Assembly (NCBI RefSeq): GCF_001447785.1
Contig: NW_015171600.1
Span: 34,306 to 98,305, forward strand
Direction: 5' to 3'
Origin: Gekko japonicus
Lineage: Eukaryota
DNA: 64,000 nt
The notes beneath the pieces are model-generated. The model saw only the letters and a program-made list of their open reading frames with translations. It made no database searches and was not told the origin of the DNA. Position 1 is the stretch's first letter; each line of letters opens with the position of its first letter. The position numbers and the translations under genes are program-made. Shown piece after piece: positions 46,878 to 59,800 of this stretch.

Positions 46878-47107
46878 TTGTTCGATAAGCAGAATTGCTA
46901 GTTCCAGGTTGGAAATACTTGGATATTTGGGTGCTGGAGCCTGAGGAGGGTGGGGTTTGGAGAGGTGAGGGACTTCGGTGGGGTATAGTGTCATACAGTC
47001 CACCTTCCAAAGTGGACATTTCCCCCAAGGGGACTGATCTCTGTCACTTAGACATGAATTGTAATCCCAGGGGATCTCTAGCCACCACCTGGAGGCTGGC
47101 AACCCTA
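46878..47107. mobile_element. TAGGGTTGCCA-type MITE (related pieces at ~2336, 16900-17430, 23820-24065, 40671-40921, 50482-51025)
   Basis: Shared termini TAGGG(T/A)TGCCAGCCTCCAGG / TGGCAACCCTA and a shared internal body. Confidence 0.65.
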
Positions 47108-47599
47108 TAATGGATTTGTAAATTTTTATGGGAGTGGTTCTCCTTTACATCATTTTTAATCTTGGGTGGTACCTACTTTGGAACTGATGGAGAAGTGAAT
47201 TAGTTGTTGTTGCTTTTTAAGACTCTAAACAACTCCTCCCACTTCCCCCTCCACTTTTGAAATTTCATGTAATAATAAGGTACAGGAGTTTGTTTCTTCT
47301 ACTTGTATCCATAGAAGTGAGCTCTGTCTCATGAAAGCTGGTACTGTAATAAATGCTGGTAGTGTCTGAGGGCTTCTGTTTTGCTGTGCTACAATAGACT
47401 GGACATTGATCACAAAGAAGACTTATTGTCCATTTACTCTCAGCAGCTATGAAAATTAGTATTGCTCTATGAAAGAGCAATCGATTAATTGGAAAGAAAA
47501 TGGTGGGGGTGAGGGCTCCTATACCTCAGACTGGCAGCACCTACAGGGTAAACCTCATTTGCCAGACCTATCAGACCTCATTTGCCACCTGCCAGACCA

Positions 47600-47797
47600 A
47601 ACTCCCTTCCTTTTTTGATCAAGTGATGAGCTTACTGGATCAAGGGAATGCTGTTGATGTTGTTTACCTGGATTTCGGTAAAGTTTTTTGACAGGGTTCC
47701 CTGTGATGTTCTGATGTGTAAACTAAAGGACTGTGTACTGGACTCTAGGATATTTAGGTGGATAGGGAACTGGTTGGAGAACCACACTCAAAGAGAA
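47600..47797 (+). mobile_element. CR1 RT internal fragment
   Basis: Encodes LDQGNAVDVVYLDF... Confidence 0.7.
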
Positions 47798-48600
47798 GAA
47801 CAGGGGTCCCCTTAGGCAGGGCAAGGAGTCATCTGATGAATTAGTTTTCAATTGATTCCAGGCTGGAGATTATGTGGTCCTTCCAGCCCCAGACCTCTAC
47901 ACCATAAAGAAGATGGGGGATTATTTTATGAGTAAATAATTTTGCCGCTGGTTCTACAAGGAATCCACCTTTGGTATGATGAAATTTCAGAATTGCACTC
48001 TTTTTTTTGTAGAACCTTTAACAGTATCCAAATGTATTTTCCAACTTAAAGTCTCACTCCCAGATATTTAAAAGAGCTGCATTGCTCAATTGCCATTCCA
48101 TGGATACTCCAAGAAAACGTTTTGGGGCATTTTCTAACCTTACTCTGTGCCTGGAGGACTGCAATATGCTCTAAGGCCTAATGATGCATCTAGGATGTAC
48201 TGGGGCCTACAGGCCAAGTCCGAGGGCTGATTCTGAACAAATCTTGTAGAGCTGCATTAAAACTTGTTTGAAAGAATGAATCCATAACCATGCATGAGAT
48301 GAATCGTAGCTGCCTTAATCTAATTGCCCCTCTTTAATTACATTTCCAAACACTACTGAGAATATAGGTATGACACCAGCTGATTGGTGTTGCCTTCTAC
48401 TACANNNNNNNNNNNNNNNNNNNNNNNNNNNNNNNNNNNNNNNNNNNNNNNNNNNNNNNNNNNNNNNNNNNNNNNNNNNNNNNNNNNNNNNNNNNNNNNN
48501 NNNNNNNNNNNNNNNNNNNNNNNNNNNNNNNNNNNNNNNNNNNNNNNNNNNNNNNNNNNNNNNNNNNNNNNNNNNNNNNNNNNNNNNNNNNNNNNNNNNN

Positions 48601-50292
48601 TTACCCCACCCTCCCCGCAAGTGGGCTCAGGGCGGCTTACAAGGGGCAGAACCCAGATAAAACATAGTAAAAGCAATAAAACCTTAACAACACAGATAAA
48701 AATAAAGTGCTCCATGAAGACAAGATAGTCCCCAAATAAATAACTTGATGGTGACAGTCAGTTCTTTGGGGGTGATCTTATCTTGTAGTTGGTCCCAAGT
48801 AAGTCTGGTGGTACCGGTGCCATGTGGTGTTATAAGTGGTCTTCCTGGGGCCGTCCCTAGCTCCATTGTTATCCACAGCATTGGTGGTGGTGGCAGTGGC
48901 GACCCCTATGCAAAAGCCTGGCAAAAGAGCTCCATCTTGCAGGCCCTGCAGAACTGTATATGGTCCCACAGGACCCTGATCTCCTCCGGGAGCTCGTTCG
49001 ACCAGGTAGGGGCCGCCACCGAAAATGATCTGGCCATGGTCATGGCGAGCCTTGCCTCCTGGGGGCCTGGAATCACCAGGCAGTGTTGTGTCCCCGACTG
49101 AAGTGCTCTTGGGGGTATATATGGGGAAAGGTGGTCCCTCAGGTAGGTCAGACCCTGGCCATGTAGGGCTTTAAAGGCAAGCACCAGCACTTTGAAACGG
49201 ATTCGGTATGCTATTGGCAGCCAGTGCAGCACTTCCAGCCCAGGCCGGATGTGCTCCCACTTGGGGAGACCCAACATAAGCCTGGCTGCCGCATTCTGCA
49301 CCAGCTGCAGCCTCTGAATCTGCACCAAAGGCAGCCCCATGTAGAGAGCGTTACAGTAGTCTAGCCTCAAGGTGACCGTTGCATGGATCACTGTAGCCAA
49401 ATCATCGCAGTCGAGGAAGGGGACCAACTGCTAAACCAGCCTAAGATGGTAAAATGCAGATCTGGCAGTGGCTGCCACCTGGGCCTCCATAGTCAGGGAG
49501 GAATCCAGGTGCACTCCCAAGCTCCTAACCTCTGACGTTGACACCAAAGGCACCCCATCAAAAGTCGGAGAGGGATCCCTTACCCCGATCTGTTTCAACT
49601 CAAGCAGAGGACCTCCGTCTTCGCTGGGTTTAATTTCAGCCGGCTCAGCCTGAGCCACTCAGCCACTGCCTGTAATGCCTGGGTCAGATCTTCTGGGTCA
49701 GAGCCCGACCAGCCACCCAACATCAGATAGAGTTGGGTGTCATCTGCATATTGATGGCGACCCAGCCCATACCTCCTGGCAATCTGGGTGAGGGGGCGCA
49801 TGTAGATGTTGAACAACATCGGAGAAAGCACTGCCCCCTGAGGCACCCCACACTCAAGAGGGTGCCTCCGGGACTGCTCCTCCCCTATCACCTCTTTCCC
49901 CGACCTTGGAGAAAGGAGGCAAGCCATTGAAGAGCGAGCCGTTGTATCCCCACATCAGCAAGGCGGTGGGTCAGCAACTGGTGGTCGACCATATCAAACA
50001 CAACCAACAGATCTAACAACAACAGTGCTGCCACACCGCCTCAATCCAGATGCCTCCGGAGGTCGTCAGTAAGGGCAACCTGCACCGTCTCTGTCCCATG
50101 ACCCGACTGAAAGCCAGACTGAAATGCATCAAGGACAGAAGTGTCATCCAGAAAGCTCTGAAGCTGTATCGCCACCGCCCTCTCAATCAATTTGCCCAAA
50201 TAGGGGAAATTGGACACTGGCCTATAGTTGGCCAATTTGGTCTAGAGTTGGTTTTTTCAGGAGAGGGCAGACCATTGCCTCCTTGAGTGCCT
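48601..50292 (-). mobile_element. L2-clade LINE, 5'-truncated and decayed
   Basis: Broken ORFs with NYRPVSN, GVPQGAVLSP, YADDTQLY, RLDYCNAL and QNAAARL. A related 3' fragment lies at ~50552-50850. Confidence 0.88.
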
Positions 50293-51477
50293 CATGCTGC
50301 AGAGGCTGATAGGCTTTCTTGTTGAGTTTCTGGGGTCATCCTTTCAGGTGAAATAAGACATTCAGTTGGATTCAGCCAGCAGTTCTGCTGGTGAAAAAGG
50401 AAGGAAAGTTCCTCTTTGATCACCTGGAGAAGCTTTGTTGGGGATCTGCACAGACAAAAGTTGTAGGCAGTTGGGGGCGGTAGTACGGACGCCAGCCTCC
50501 AGGTGGTACCTGGGCATCCCCTGGAATTACAGTTCATTTCCAGAGTACAGATATATTTATTTTATTTATTCATATTTATAAATTCAATTTATAGCCCTCC
50601 CTCCCCGCTGTGCGGGCTCAGGGCAGCTCACAATTAGGCATACACCTTCACATAAATCAAATTAAAACCATATAAAATTCTTACTACATTTACATCAAGT
50701 TAAGTGCTCTAGCTGTTCGAGTCTGATCTTCCATAAAGATGGCGTTACAAGATGGTACATTTACTCAATGCTCTCAGTTTGACGTGACACTGCCATTCTC
50801 CCTTCCCAGGGCCAGACAATACTGATGGTGTGGTAGTGGTGTGGTAGTGGTTCCCATGGGGGAAAAAAATGGATGCTTTGGAGGATGGACTCTATGGCAC
50901 TGTCCCCGACTGAGGCCCCTGTCCTACCCATGCTCCATCTCCAAATCTCCAGGAGATTCCCAACCTGGATCTGGCAACATTAACCCCCCCCCATCCCTTG
51001 CCAGTGGCCAGAAGGGATCTGACAACAGAGGGGAATTGAGGAACTCTGAGAGGTAAACTAAACATGACTGTGTACTCTTGGCCACCACCAGGTTAGAGAA
51101 ATTTTAAAAAGTTATGAAGGCCTGATCCTGATTGGGCTTACAGTGTAGACTCCCCACCACCACCACACTAGTTTGGGACTTGAACATGTCTTTAAGATGG
51201 TAGTGGTGTCCTCATAGTGGCAACAAGAATGCTGTCACATTTAGTTTGGCCCTTAGTGAAAGTGGCTGGATGCAACTTATTTGTTATATTGCATTTCTGT
51301 CTTCCCTTTCTAGTCTCCCTTTCCTACACTTTTCTTCACATTCTGACTCATGTCAGTCCAGATAGCTCAGATACTAGGAGACGAAGTGCTTGCCAACAAG
51401 TAGGCAAAGGAATGGCACTCAGGCAGGCGGCATATGGAGGTGTGTGGGCAGGGTCCGGTGGCAATGAGCCCGGCCTT

Positions 51478-51632
51478 TAAGATCCTCAAAAAACAGGATC
51501 AAGAAACTGCGGGGGAAATCGGGCAAAGCTGCGAGTCAAAATGCAGCCCTGTGGCTTCGGGTGTGAAATTGACCAATAGTATTGGGGCAAACGGCAGCGC
51601 AACATCAAGGCAGCTCTAGTGCGAAATCAGCC
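51478..51632. mobile_element. Half copy of the same foldback MITE
   Basis: Central loop plus one arm, ending gcagctctagtgcgaaatcagcc. Confidence 0.7.
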
Positions 51633-51635
51633 AAA

Positions 51636-53925
51636 CAGTATTGTGGCTGGAGCCTGATAACAGACCTCCTGACCAGGATGAAGAGGTGGATGCTGCCCTC
51701 CTTGAACAGGTTGACAGGGTATCCAAACAACATGTCCTGGTAGTTATGGGTGACTTCAACATCTCTGACATGTGCTGGGAGACAAACTCTGCAATGCATC
51801 CACAGCCAATGCATCCAAATGGTGGGGGAAGGTACGAGGGGCTCGGCCATAGTCAACTTAATATTGATGAAAGGGCAAGAGATGGTAGATGGGGTGAAGG
51901 TGGTGGGGACCTTAGGGGAAAGTGATCATGTTCTGCTAGAATTCCTTTTGTTGTGGGGGTCCAAGAAATTTCATAGCCACATGTGTATGTCAGATTTCAG
52001 TAGGCCAGATTTTAATAAACTCAGGGGCAAGACTGCTGAAAGGGAAGGGAGCAAGTGAAGGTTGGGGTCCCCTAAAACAAGAGTTCTTGTAAGCTCAGGC
52101 CATTGCTATCCCAACAAGAAGGAAACATGGTAGGGGATCCAAGAAGCCAATGTGGATGAACAGAGAACTGTGTGATGTGCTAAAGGAGACAAAAGATATG
52201 TTCAAGAAATTGAGGCAAGGACCTACCTCTAAAGAAGAGCATCTGAGGGTTGCTAGGCACTGTAGGTCAGCTATCTGAGAGGCCAAAGCTCACAGTGAGC
52301 TAAAGCTGCTCCTCACAAATATGTGAGGAGCAAACACAAGATAAAAGAGGCAATGGCCCACTGTTGAGTGAAAATGGAGAAACTCTGACAGAGGACAGAG
52401 AGAAAGCAGGAAGGCTCAGTGCCTATTTTGCCTCATTTTTTTCCCCCTGAAGAAGATAACAGGCTCACCTAGAGATAGTAGTAGGCAAGGCACGGAATAC
52501 AGACTGCTGGTTGACATGGACAGAGAGGTAGTCGAGGAGCACCTGGCTGAATAGTAGGGTTGCCAGCCTCCGGGTGGGTCTAGTAACAAATAAATATACA
52601 CTGCAAAAACCTTTTAGCAAACTAATGTGTTCTATTTATTGTCATCACTTCGTAAAGTGCATAGTGTATCATTATTTCATCCTAGTCAGGTATAAATTTT
52701 CATTACATTCAATAAGCAATAACATTCAGTACATACAGATTGCTAACTACCAGACAATTTTACATCAGTGTTTTGAAAGTCAAGCCCCAACAGGAGTTTC
52801 TAGAATTATAAACCCGCTTCTCCTTGCATGAAGTCTTCCAAAAAGGGGGGGCAGCCTTCTTAATAGTTGTATGGATGCTTTTTGCCGGGCCTACAAAAGA
52901 CACATTGTGCAGCTAACATTCATGGATGGAGTACTCCTGTCATTCTCAAAGCTGCAGATGCATAACATCCAAATCACAAGATGTTATACTTCCACTGTAC
53001 ACTGCATTGGTCAGGTCACACCTGGAATATTGTGTGCAGTTCTGGAGGCCTCACTTCAAAAAAGAATGTGGACAGAATGAGCAGGTACAGAGGAGAGTGA
53101 TGAAGATGATTGGGGGCCTGGAGACCAAGCCCTATGAGAAAAGACTGATTTGGGAATGTTAAGTCTAGAGATGAGGAGGTTGAGGGGGACATGATTGTTC
53201 TCTTTAGGTATTTTAAGGGCTTCCAGAGGAGGGCAGCAGAGGAGAGGACTCACAATAATGGATATAAATTAAGGGTGGAAAGGTACCAGCTGGATATTAG
53301 GAAAACTATTTGACAGTAAGAGTTGTGCAACAGTGGAATCAGCTGCCTAGGGAGGTGGTGAACTCCCCCTCATTGGCAGTCTTTAAGCAGCATCTGTCAG
53401 GGATTCTCTAGGCCAGGGATGTCGAACTCATTTGTTATGAAGGCTGGATCTGACATAAAAGAGACCTTGTTGAGCTGGGCCAAGTGTGTCATAAAATGTA
53501 ATGCCAGGTAGCAAAGATATAAATTTTATAAAGGACACAAACACAAAGGTTTTTGGTTTTTACTTAAAATAAAAACATGCTTAAAACAGCACTCTTGCAA
53601 TATTTTGTTTATTTAACAGTGTCTGATAACTGACACCTCTTGCTCTGAATTATTGCATCAAAATGTCTGTGCTGTTGAAATCTTGAGTATGCTGTTCAGG
53701 TGTGTATCTGTAAGCTGCAAACCTACAATGGCGCAGCAGCAGCAGAACTGGAAGAAGAAGCAGAAGACAGCCAGTTCTACTGTGGGCCTGAAAGAAGCCC
53801 TCTGGAAGCCTGATCTGGCCCACGGGCCACATGTTTGACACCCCTGATCTCGGCTGATCCTGTATTGAGGAGGGGGTTGGACTAGATAGCCTGTGTGGCC
53901 CCCTCCAACTCTGTGATTCTCTGAT
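51636..53925 (+). mobile_element. Old, internally deleted CR1 (interrupted at ~52555-52950 and 53414-53846)
   Basis: Remnant peptides RPPDQDEE, VMGDFN, GESDH and RSHLEYCVQFW; GATTCT-type tail at ~53915. Confidence 0.8.
53414..53846. mobile_element. hAT-family non-autonomous DNA transposon inserted in a CR1 3' end
   Basis: CAGGGATGTCGAAC...GTTTGACACCCCTG TIRs; degenerate 8-bp TSD CTCTAGGC/ATCTCGGC. Confidence 0.8.
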
Positions 53926-54280
53926 TCAACCTGAGCTTCCTGAAGCAAAGGTGGAACAGAAATGTACTAAAAATGACTTAACAATGCTTTAGTATTACCG
54001 GTGAAACAAAGATTGTTCTCAATAAATGTCTCCAGCTTTTAAAAATTATATATGCACAGATTTCTGTCACACCCCAGCTACAGAAAACATAAATTTACAG
54101 GAGGAAGATAAGGGGGCATGCCGCCATTTGGAGTGCCAGCTCCATGTTCTTTCTCACAGCGATTCCCGAGCTTCACTGTCAAATTAGTGTTGAGTCAATC
54201 ATGTTGAGGATGTCCTATCTCCTTCCAGGACTGCCACTCGAAGTCCCCCACCAGCAACAAGGAAGGACATGGGGACCCCA

Positions 54281-54880
54281 GAACATACGAAGATAAGAAC
54301 ATAAGAGAAGCCAATTTTCAATTCAGTCATTGGCCCATCCAGTCCAACACTCTGTCACACAGTGGCCAAAAATACCAGGTTCCATCAGGAGTTCCAGCAG
54401 TGGGGCCAGGACACTAGAAGCCCTCCCACTGTTGCCCCCCCAAGCACCAAGAATACATCCCTTGCCCCAGACCAAGAGTTCCTATCTATACCTTGTGGCT
54501 AATAGCCACTGATGGACCATTGTTCCATATTTTTATCCAATTCTCTCTTGAAGCCATCCATGCTTGTAGCCGCCACCACCTCCTGTGGCACTGAATCCCA
54601 TGTGTTAATCATTCTTTGGGTGAAGAAGTACTTCTTTTTATCCATTCTAACCCGACTGCTCAGCAATTTCATGGAGTGCCCATGAGTGCTTTTATTGTAA
54701 GAAGGAGATTGGATTTACACCCCACCCTTCACTACCCAAAGGTGTCTCAGAGCGGCTTACAAACTCCTTTCCCTTCCCCTCCCCACAGACACCCTGTGAG
54801 GTAGGTGGGGCAGAGAGAGCTCTGACAGAAACTTCTCTTTTTCAAGAACAGCTCTTATCAGAACTATGGCTTGCCCAGGC
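54281..54880 (-). mobile_element. CR1 3' end (54281-54700) followed by a SINE 3' part (54700-54880)
   Basis: Homologous to 9619-10040 and to the reverse complement of the SINE tail. Confidence 0.85.
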
Positions 54881-54909
54881 GGGGGGGGGTTTACAGAGAG
54901 GTACAGGTG

Positions 54910-57900
54910 ATGTGGGATCTTTCTTTTGGGTGCATGGTGGCCCAGAATGGTGGCCTACGGTGATGATGAGAATACCAGTGTGATGAGACCCTAGTGTGAT
55001 GAGAATACCAAGGCAAGCTTTGAAAAACTGTGATCTGCCCAGCCATTGGCAAAAATCTTCGGAGACTCAAAGAAGGGCCCTAAAAATGTTTGTTGCTTTT
55101 TTTTTTTAAATCTGTTTATGCACTTCAGCTTAAAATTTTAATAAACCTAAGCCTAACTCCAAATCTAATGTGGGATCTTTCTTTTGGGTGCATGGTGGCC
55201 CAGAATGGTGGCCTACGGTGATGATGAGAATACCAGTGTGATGAGACCCTAGTGTGATGAGAATACCAAGGCAAGCTTTGAAAAACTGTGATCTGCCCAG
55301 CCATTGGCAAAAATCTTCGGAGACTCAAAGAAGGGCCCTAAAAATGTTTGTTGCTTTTTTTTTTTAAATCTGTTTATGCACTTCAGCTTAAAATTTTAAT
55401 AAACCTAAGCCTAACTCCAAATCTAATGTGGGATCTTTCTTTTGGGTGCATGGTGGCCCAGAATGGTGGCCTACGGTGATGATGAGAATACCAGTGTGAT
55501 GAGACCCTAGTGTGATGAGAATACCAAGGCAAGCTTTGAAAAACTGTGATCTGCCCAGCCATTGGCAAAAATCTTCGGAGACTCAAAGAAGGGCCCTAAA
55601 AATGTTTGTTGCTTTTTTTTTTTAAATCTGTTTATGCACTTCAGCTTAAAATTTTAATAAACCTAAGCCTAACTCCAAATCTAATGTGGGATCTTTCTTT
55701 TGGGTGCATGGTGGCCCAGAATGGTGGCCTACGGTGATGATGAGAATACCAGTGTGATGAGACCCTAGTGTGATGAGAATACCAAGGCAAGCTTTGAAAA
55801 ACTGTGATCTGCCCAGCCATTGGCAAAAATCTTCGGAGACTCAAAGAAGGGCCCTAAAAATGTTTGTTGCTTTTTTTTTTTAAATCTGTTTATGCACTTC
55901 AGCTTAAAATTTTAATAAACCTAAGCCTAACTCCAAATCTAATGTGGGATCTTTCTTTTGGGTGCATGGTGGCCCAGAATGGTGGCCTACGGTGATGATG
56001 AGAATACCAGTGTGATGAGACCCTAGTGTGATGAGAATACCAAGGCAAGCTTTGAAAAACTGTGATCTGCCCAGCCATTGGCAAAAATCTTCGGAGACTC
56101 AAAGAAGGGCCCTAAAAATGTTTGTTGCTTTTTTTTTTTAAATCTGTTTATGCACTTCAGCTTAAAATTTTAATAAACCTAAGCCTAACTCCAAATCTAA
56201 TGTGGGATCTTTCTTTTGGGTGCATGGTGGCCCAGAATGGTGGCCTACGGTGATGATGAGAATACCAGTGTGATGAGACCCTAGTGTGATGAGAATACCA
56301 AGGCAAGCTTTGAAAAACTGTGATCTGCCCAGCCATTGGCAAAAATCTTCGGAGACTCAAAGAAGGGCCCTAAAAATGTTTGTTGCTTTTTTTTTTTAAA
56401 TCTGTTTATGCACTTCAGCTTAAAATTTTAATAAACCTAAGCCTAACTCCAAATCTAATGTGGGATCTTTCTTTTGGGTGCATGGTGGCCCAGAATGGTG
56501 GCCTACGGTGATGATGAGAATACCAGTGTGATGAGACCCTAGTGTGATGAGAATACCAAGGCAAGCTTTGAAAAACTGTGATCTGCCCAGCCATTGGCAA
56601 AAATCTTCGGAGACTCAAAGAAGGGCCCTAAAAATGTTTGTTGCTTTTTTTTTTTAAATCTGTTTATGCACTTCAGCTTAAAATTTTAATAAACCTAAGC
56701 CTAACTCCAAATCTAATGTGGGATCTTTCTTTTGGGTGCATGGTGGCCCAGAATGGTGGCCTACGGTGATGATGAGAATACCAGTGTGATGAGACCCTAG
56801 TGTGATGAGAATACCAAGGCAAGCTTTGAAAAACTGTGATCTGCCCAGCCATTGGCAAAAATCTTCGGAGACTCAAAGAAGGGCCCTAAAAATGTTTGTT
56901 GCTTTTTTTTTTTAAATCTGTTTATGCACTTCAGCTTAAAATTTTAATAAACCTAAGCCTAACTCCAAATCTAATGTGGGATCTTTCTTTTGGGTGCATG
57001 GTGGCCCAGAATGGTGGCCTACGGTGATGATGAGAATACCAGTGTGATGAGACCCTAGTGTGATGAGAATACCAAGGCAAGCTTTGAAAAACTGTGATCT
57101 GCCCAGCCATTGGCAAAAATCTTCGGAGACTCAAAGAAGGGCCCTAAAAATGTTTGTTGCTTTTTTTTTTTAAATCTGTTTATGCACTTCAGCTTAAAAT
57201 TTTAATAAACCTAAGCCTAACTCCAAATCTAATGTGGGATCTTTCTTTTGGGTGCATGGTGGCCCAGAATGGTGGCCTACGGTGATGATGAGAATACCAG
57301 TGTGATGAGACCCTAGTGTGATGAGAATACCAAGGCAAGCTTTGAAAAACTGTGATCTGCCCAGCCATTGGCAAAAATCTTCGGAGACTCAAAGAAGGGC
57401 CCTAAAAATGTTTGTTGCTTTTTTTTTTTAAATCTGTTTATGCACTTCAGCTTAAAATTTTAATAAACCTAAGCCTAACTCCAAATCTAATGTGGGATCT
57501 TTCTTTTGGGTGCATGGTGGCCCAGAATGGTGGCCTACGGTGATGATGAGAATACCAGTGTGATGAGACCCTAGTGTGATGAGAATACCAAGGCAAGCTT
57601 TGAAAAACTGTGATCTGCCCAGCCATTGGCAAAAATCTTCGGAGACTCAAAGAAGGGCCCTAAAAATGTTTGTTGCTTTTTTTTTTTAAATCTGTTTATG
57701 CACTTCAGCTTAAAATTTTAATAAACCTAAGCCTAACTCCAAATCTAATGTGGGATCTTTCTTTTGGGTGCATGGTGGCCCAGAATGGTGGCCTACGGTG
57801 ATGATGAGAATACCAGTGTGATGAGACCCTAGTGTGATGAGAATACCAAGGCAAGCTTTGAAAAACTGTGATCTGCCCAGCCATTGGCAAAAATCTTCGG

Positions 57901-59800
57901 AGACTCAAAGAAGGGCCCTAAAAATGTTTGTTGCTTTTTTTTTTTAAATCTGTTTATGCACTTCAGCTTAAAATTTTAATAAACCTAAGCCTAACTCCAA
58001 ATCTAATGTGGGATCTTTCTTTTGGGTGCATGGTGGCCCAGAATGGTGGCCTACGGTGATGATGAGAATACCAGTGTGATGAGACCCTAGTGTGATGAGA
58101 ATACCAAGGCAAGCTTTGAAAAACTGTGATCTGCCCAGCCATTGGCAAAAATCTTCGGAGACTCAAAGAAGGGCCCTAAAAATGTTTGTTGCTTTTTTTT
58201 TTTAAATCTGTTTATGCACTTCAGCTTAAAATTTTAATAAACCTAAGCCTAACTCCAAATCTAATGTGGGATCTTTCTTTTGGGTGCATGGTGGCCCAGA
58301 ATGGTGGCCTACGGTGATGATGAGAATACCAGTGTGATGAGACCCTAGTGTGATGAGAATACCAAGGCAAGCTTTGAAAAACTGTGATCTGCCCAGCCAT
58401 TGGCAAAAATCTTCGGAGACTCAAAGAAGGGCCCTAAAAATGTTTGTTGCTTTTTTTTTTTAAATCTGTTTATGCACTTCAGCTTAAAATTTTAATAAAC
58501 CTAAGCCTAACTCCAAATCTAATGTGGGATCTTTCTTTTGGGTGCATGGTGGCCCAGAATGGTGGCCTACGGTGATGATGAGAATACCAGTGTGATGAGA
58601 CCCTAGTGTGATGAGAATACCAAGGCAAGCTTTGAAAAACTGTGATCTGCCCAGCCATTGGCAAAAATCTTCGGAGACTCAAAGAAGGGCCCTAAAAATG
58701 TTTGTTGCTTTTTTTTTTTAAATCTGTTTATGCACTTCAGCTTAAAATTTTAATAAACCTAAGCCTAACTCCAAATCTAATGTGGGATCTTTCTTTTGGG
58801 TGCATGGTGGCCCAGAATGGTGGCCTACGGTGATGATGAGAATACCAGTGTGATGAGACCCTAGTGTGATGAGAATACCAAGGCAAGCTTTGAAAAACTG
58901 TGATCTGCCCAGCCATTGGCAAAAATCTTCGGAGACTCAAAGAAGGGCCCTAAAAATGTTTGTTGCTTTTTTTTTTTAAATCTGTTTATGCACTTCAGCT
59001 TAAAATTTTAATAAACCTAAGCCTAACTCCAAATCTAATGTGGGATCTTTCTTTTGGGTGCATGGTGGCCCAGAATGGTGGCCTACGGTGATGATGAGAA
59101 TACCAGTGTGATGAGACCCTAGTGTGATGAGAATACCAAGGCAAGCTTTGAAAAACTGTGATCTGCCCAGCCATTGGCAAAAATCTTCGGAGACTCAAAG
59201 AAGGGCCCTAAAAATGTTTGTTGCTTTTTTTTTTTAAATCTGTTTATGCACTTCAGCTTAAAATTTTAATAAACCTAAGCCTAACTCCAAATCTAATGTG
59301 GGATCTTTCTTTTGGGTGCATGGTGGCCCAGAATGGTGGCCTACGGTGATGATGAGAATACCAGTGTGATGAGACCCTAGTGTGATGAGAATGCCAAGGC
59401 AAGCTTGGAAAAACTGTGATCTGCCCAGCCATTGGCAAAAATCTTCGGAGACTCAAAGAAGGGCCCTAAAAATGTTTGTTGCTTTTTTTTTTTAAATCTG
59501 TTTATGCACTTCAGCTTAAAATTTTAATAAACCTAAGCCTAACTCCAAATCTAATGTGGGATCTTTCTTTTGGGTGCATGGTGGCCCAGAATGGTGGCCT
59601 ACGGTGATGATGAGAATACCAGTGTGATGAGACCCTAGTGGGATGAGAATACCAAGGCAAGCTTTGAAAAACTGTGATCTGCCCAGCCATTGGCAAAAAT
59701 CTTTGGAGACTCAAAGAAGGTCCCTAAAAAAAAAATTTAATTTGTTTATGCACTTCAGCTTAAAATGTTAATAAACCTATCCCTAACTTCAAACGCATTG
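54910..59800. repeat. 258-bp tandem array, ~19 units
   Basis: Exact 258-nt period (identical minus-strand ORF calls every 258 nt). Units 1-17 look identical; substitutions appear only from ~59393. Confidence 0.97.

Noticed and set aside
54959-55010. C/D-box snoRNA cluster (three GTGATGA motifs per unit) or a 5S-like unit (GCCTACGG)
   Set aside because: The + strand of the unit has no CTGA D box or terminal stem, and the 5S resemblance is limited to a few bases.
54910-59800. CRISPR array, or a tandem family of 67-aa genes
   Set aside because: There are no unique spacers or cas genes and the context is eukaryotic. The ORF starts at TTG and simply follows the DNA repeat.
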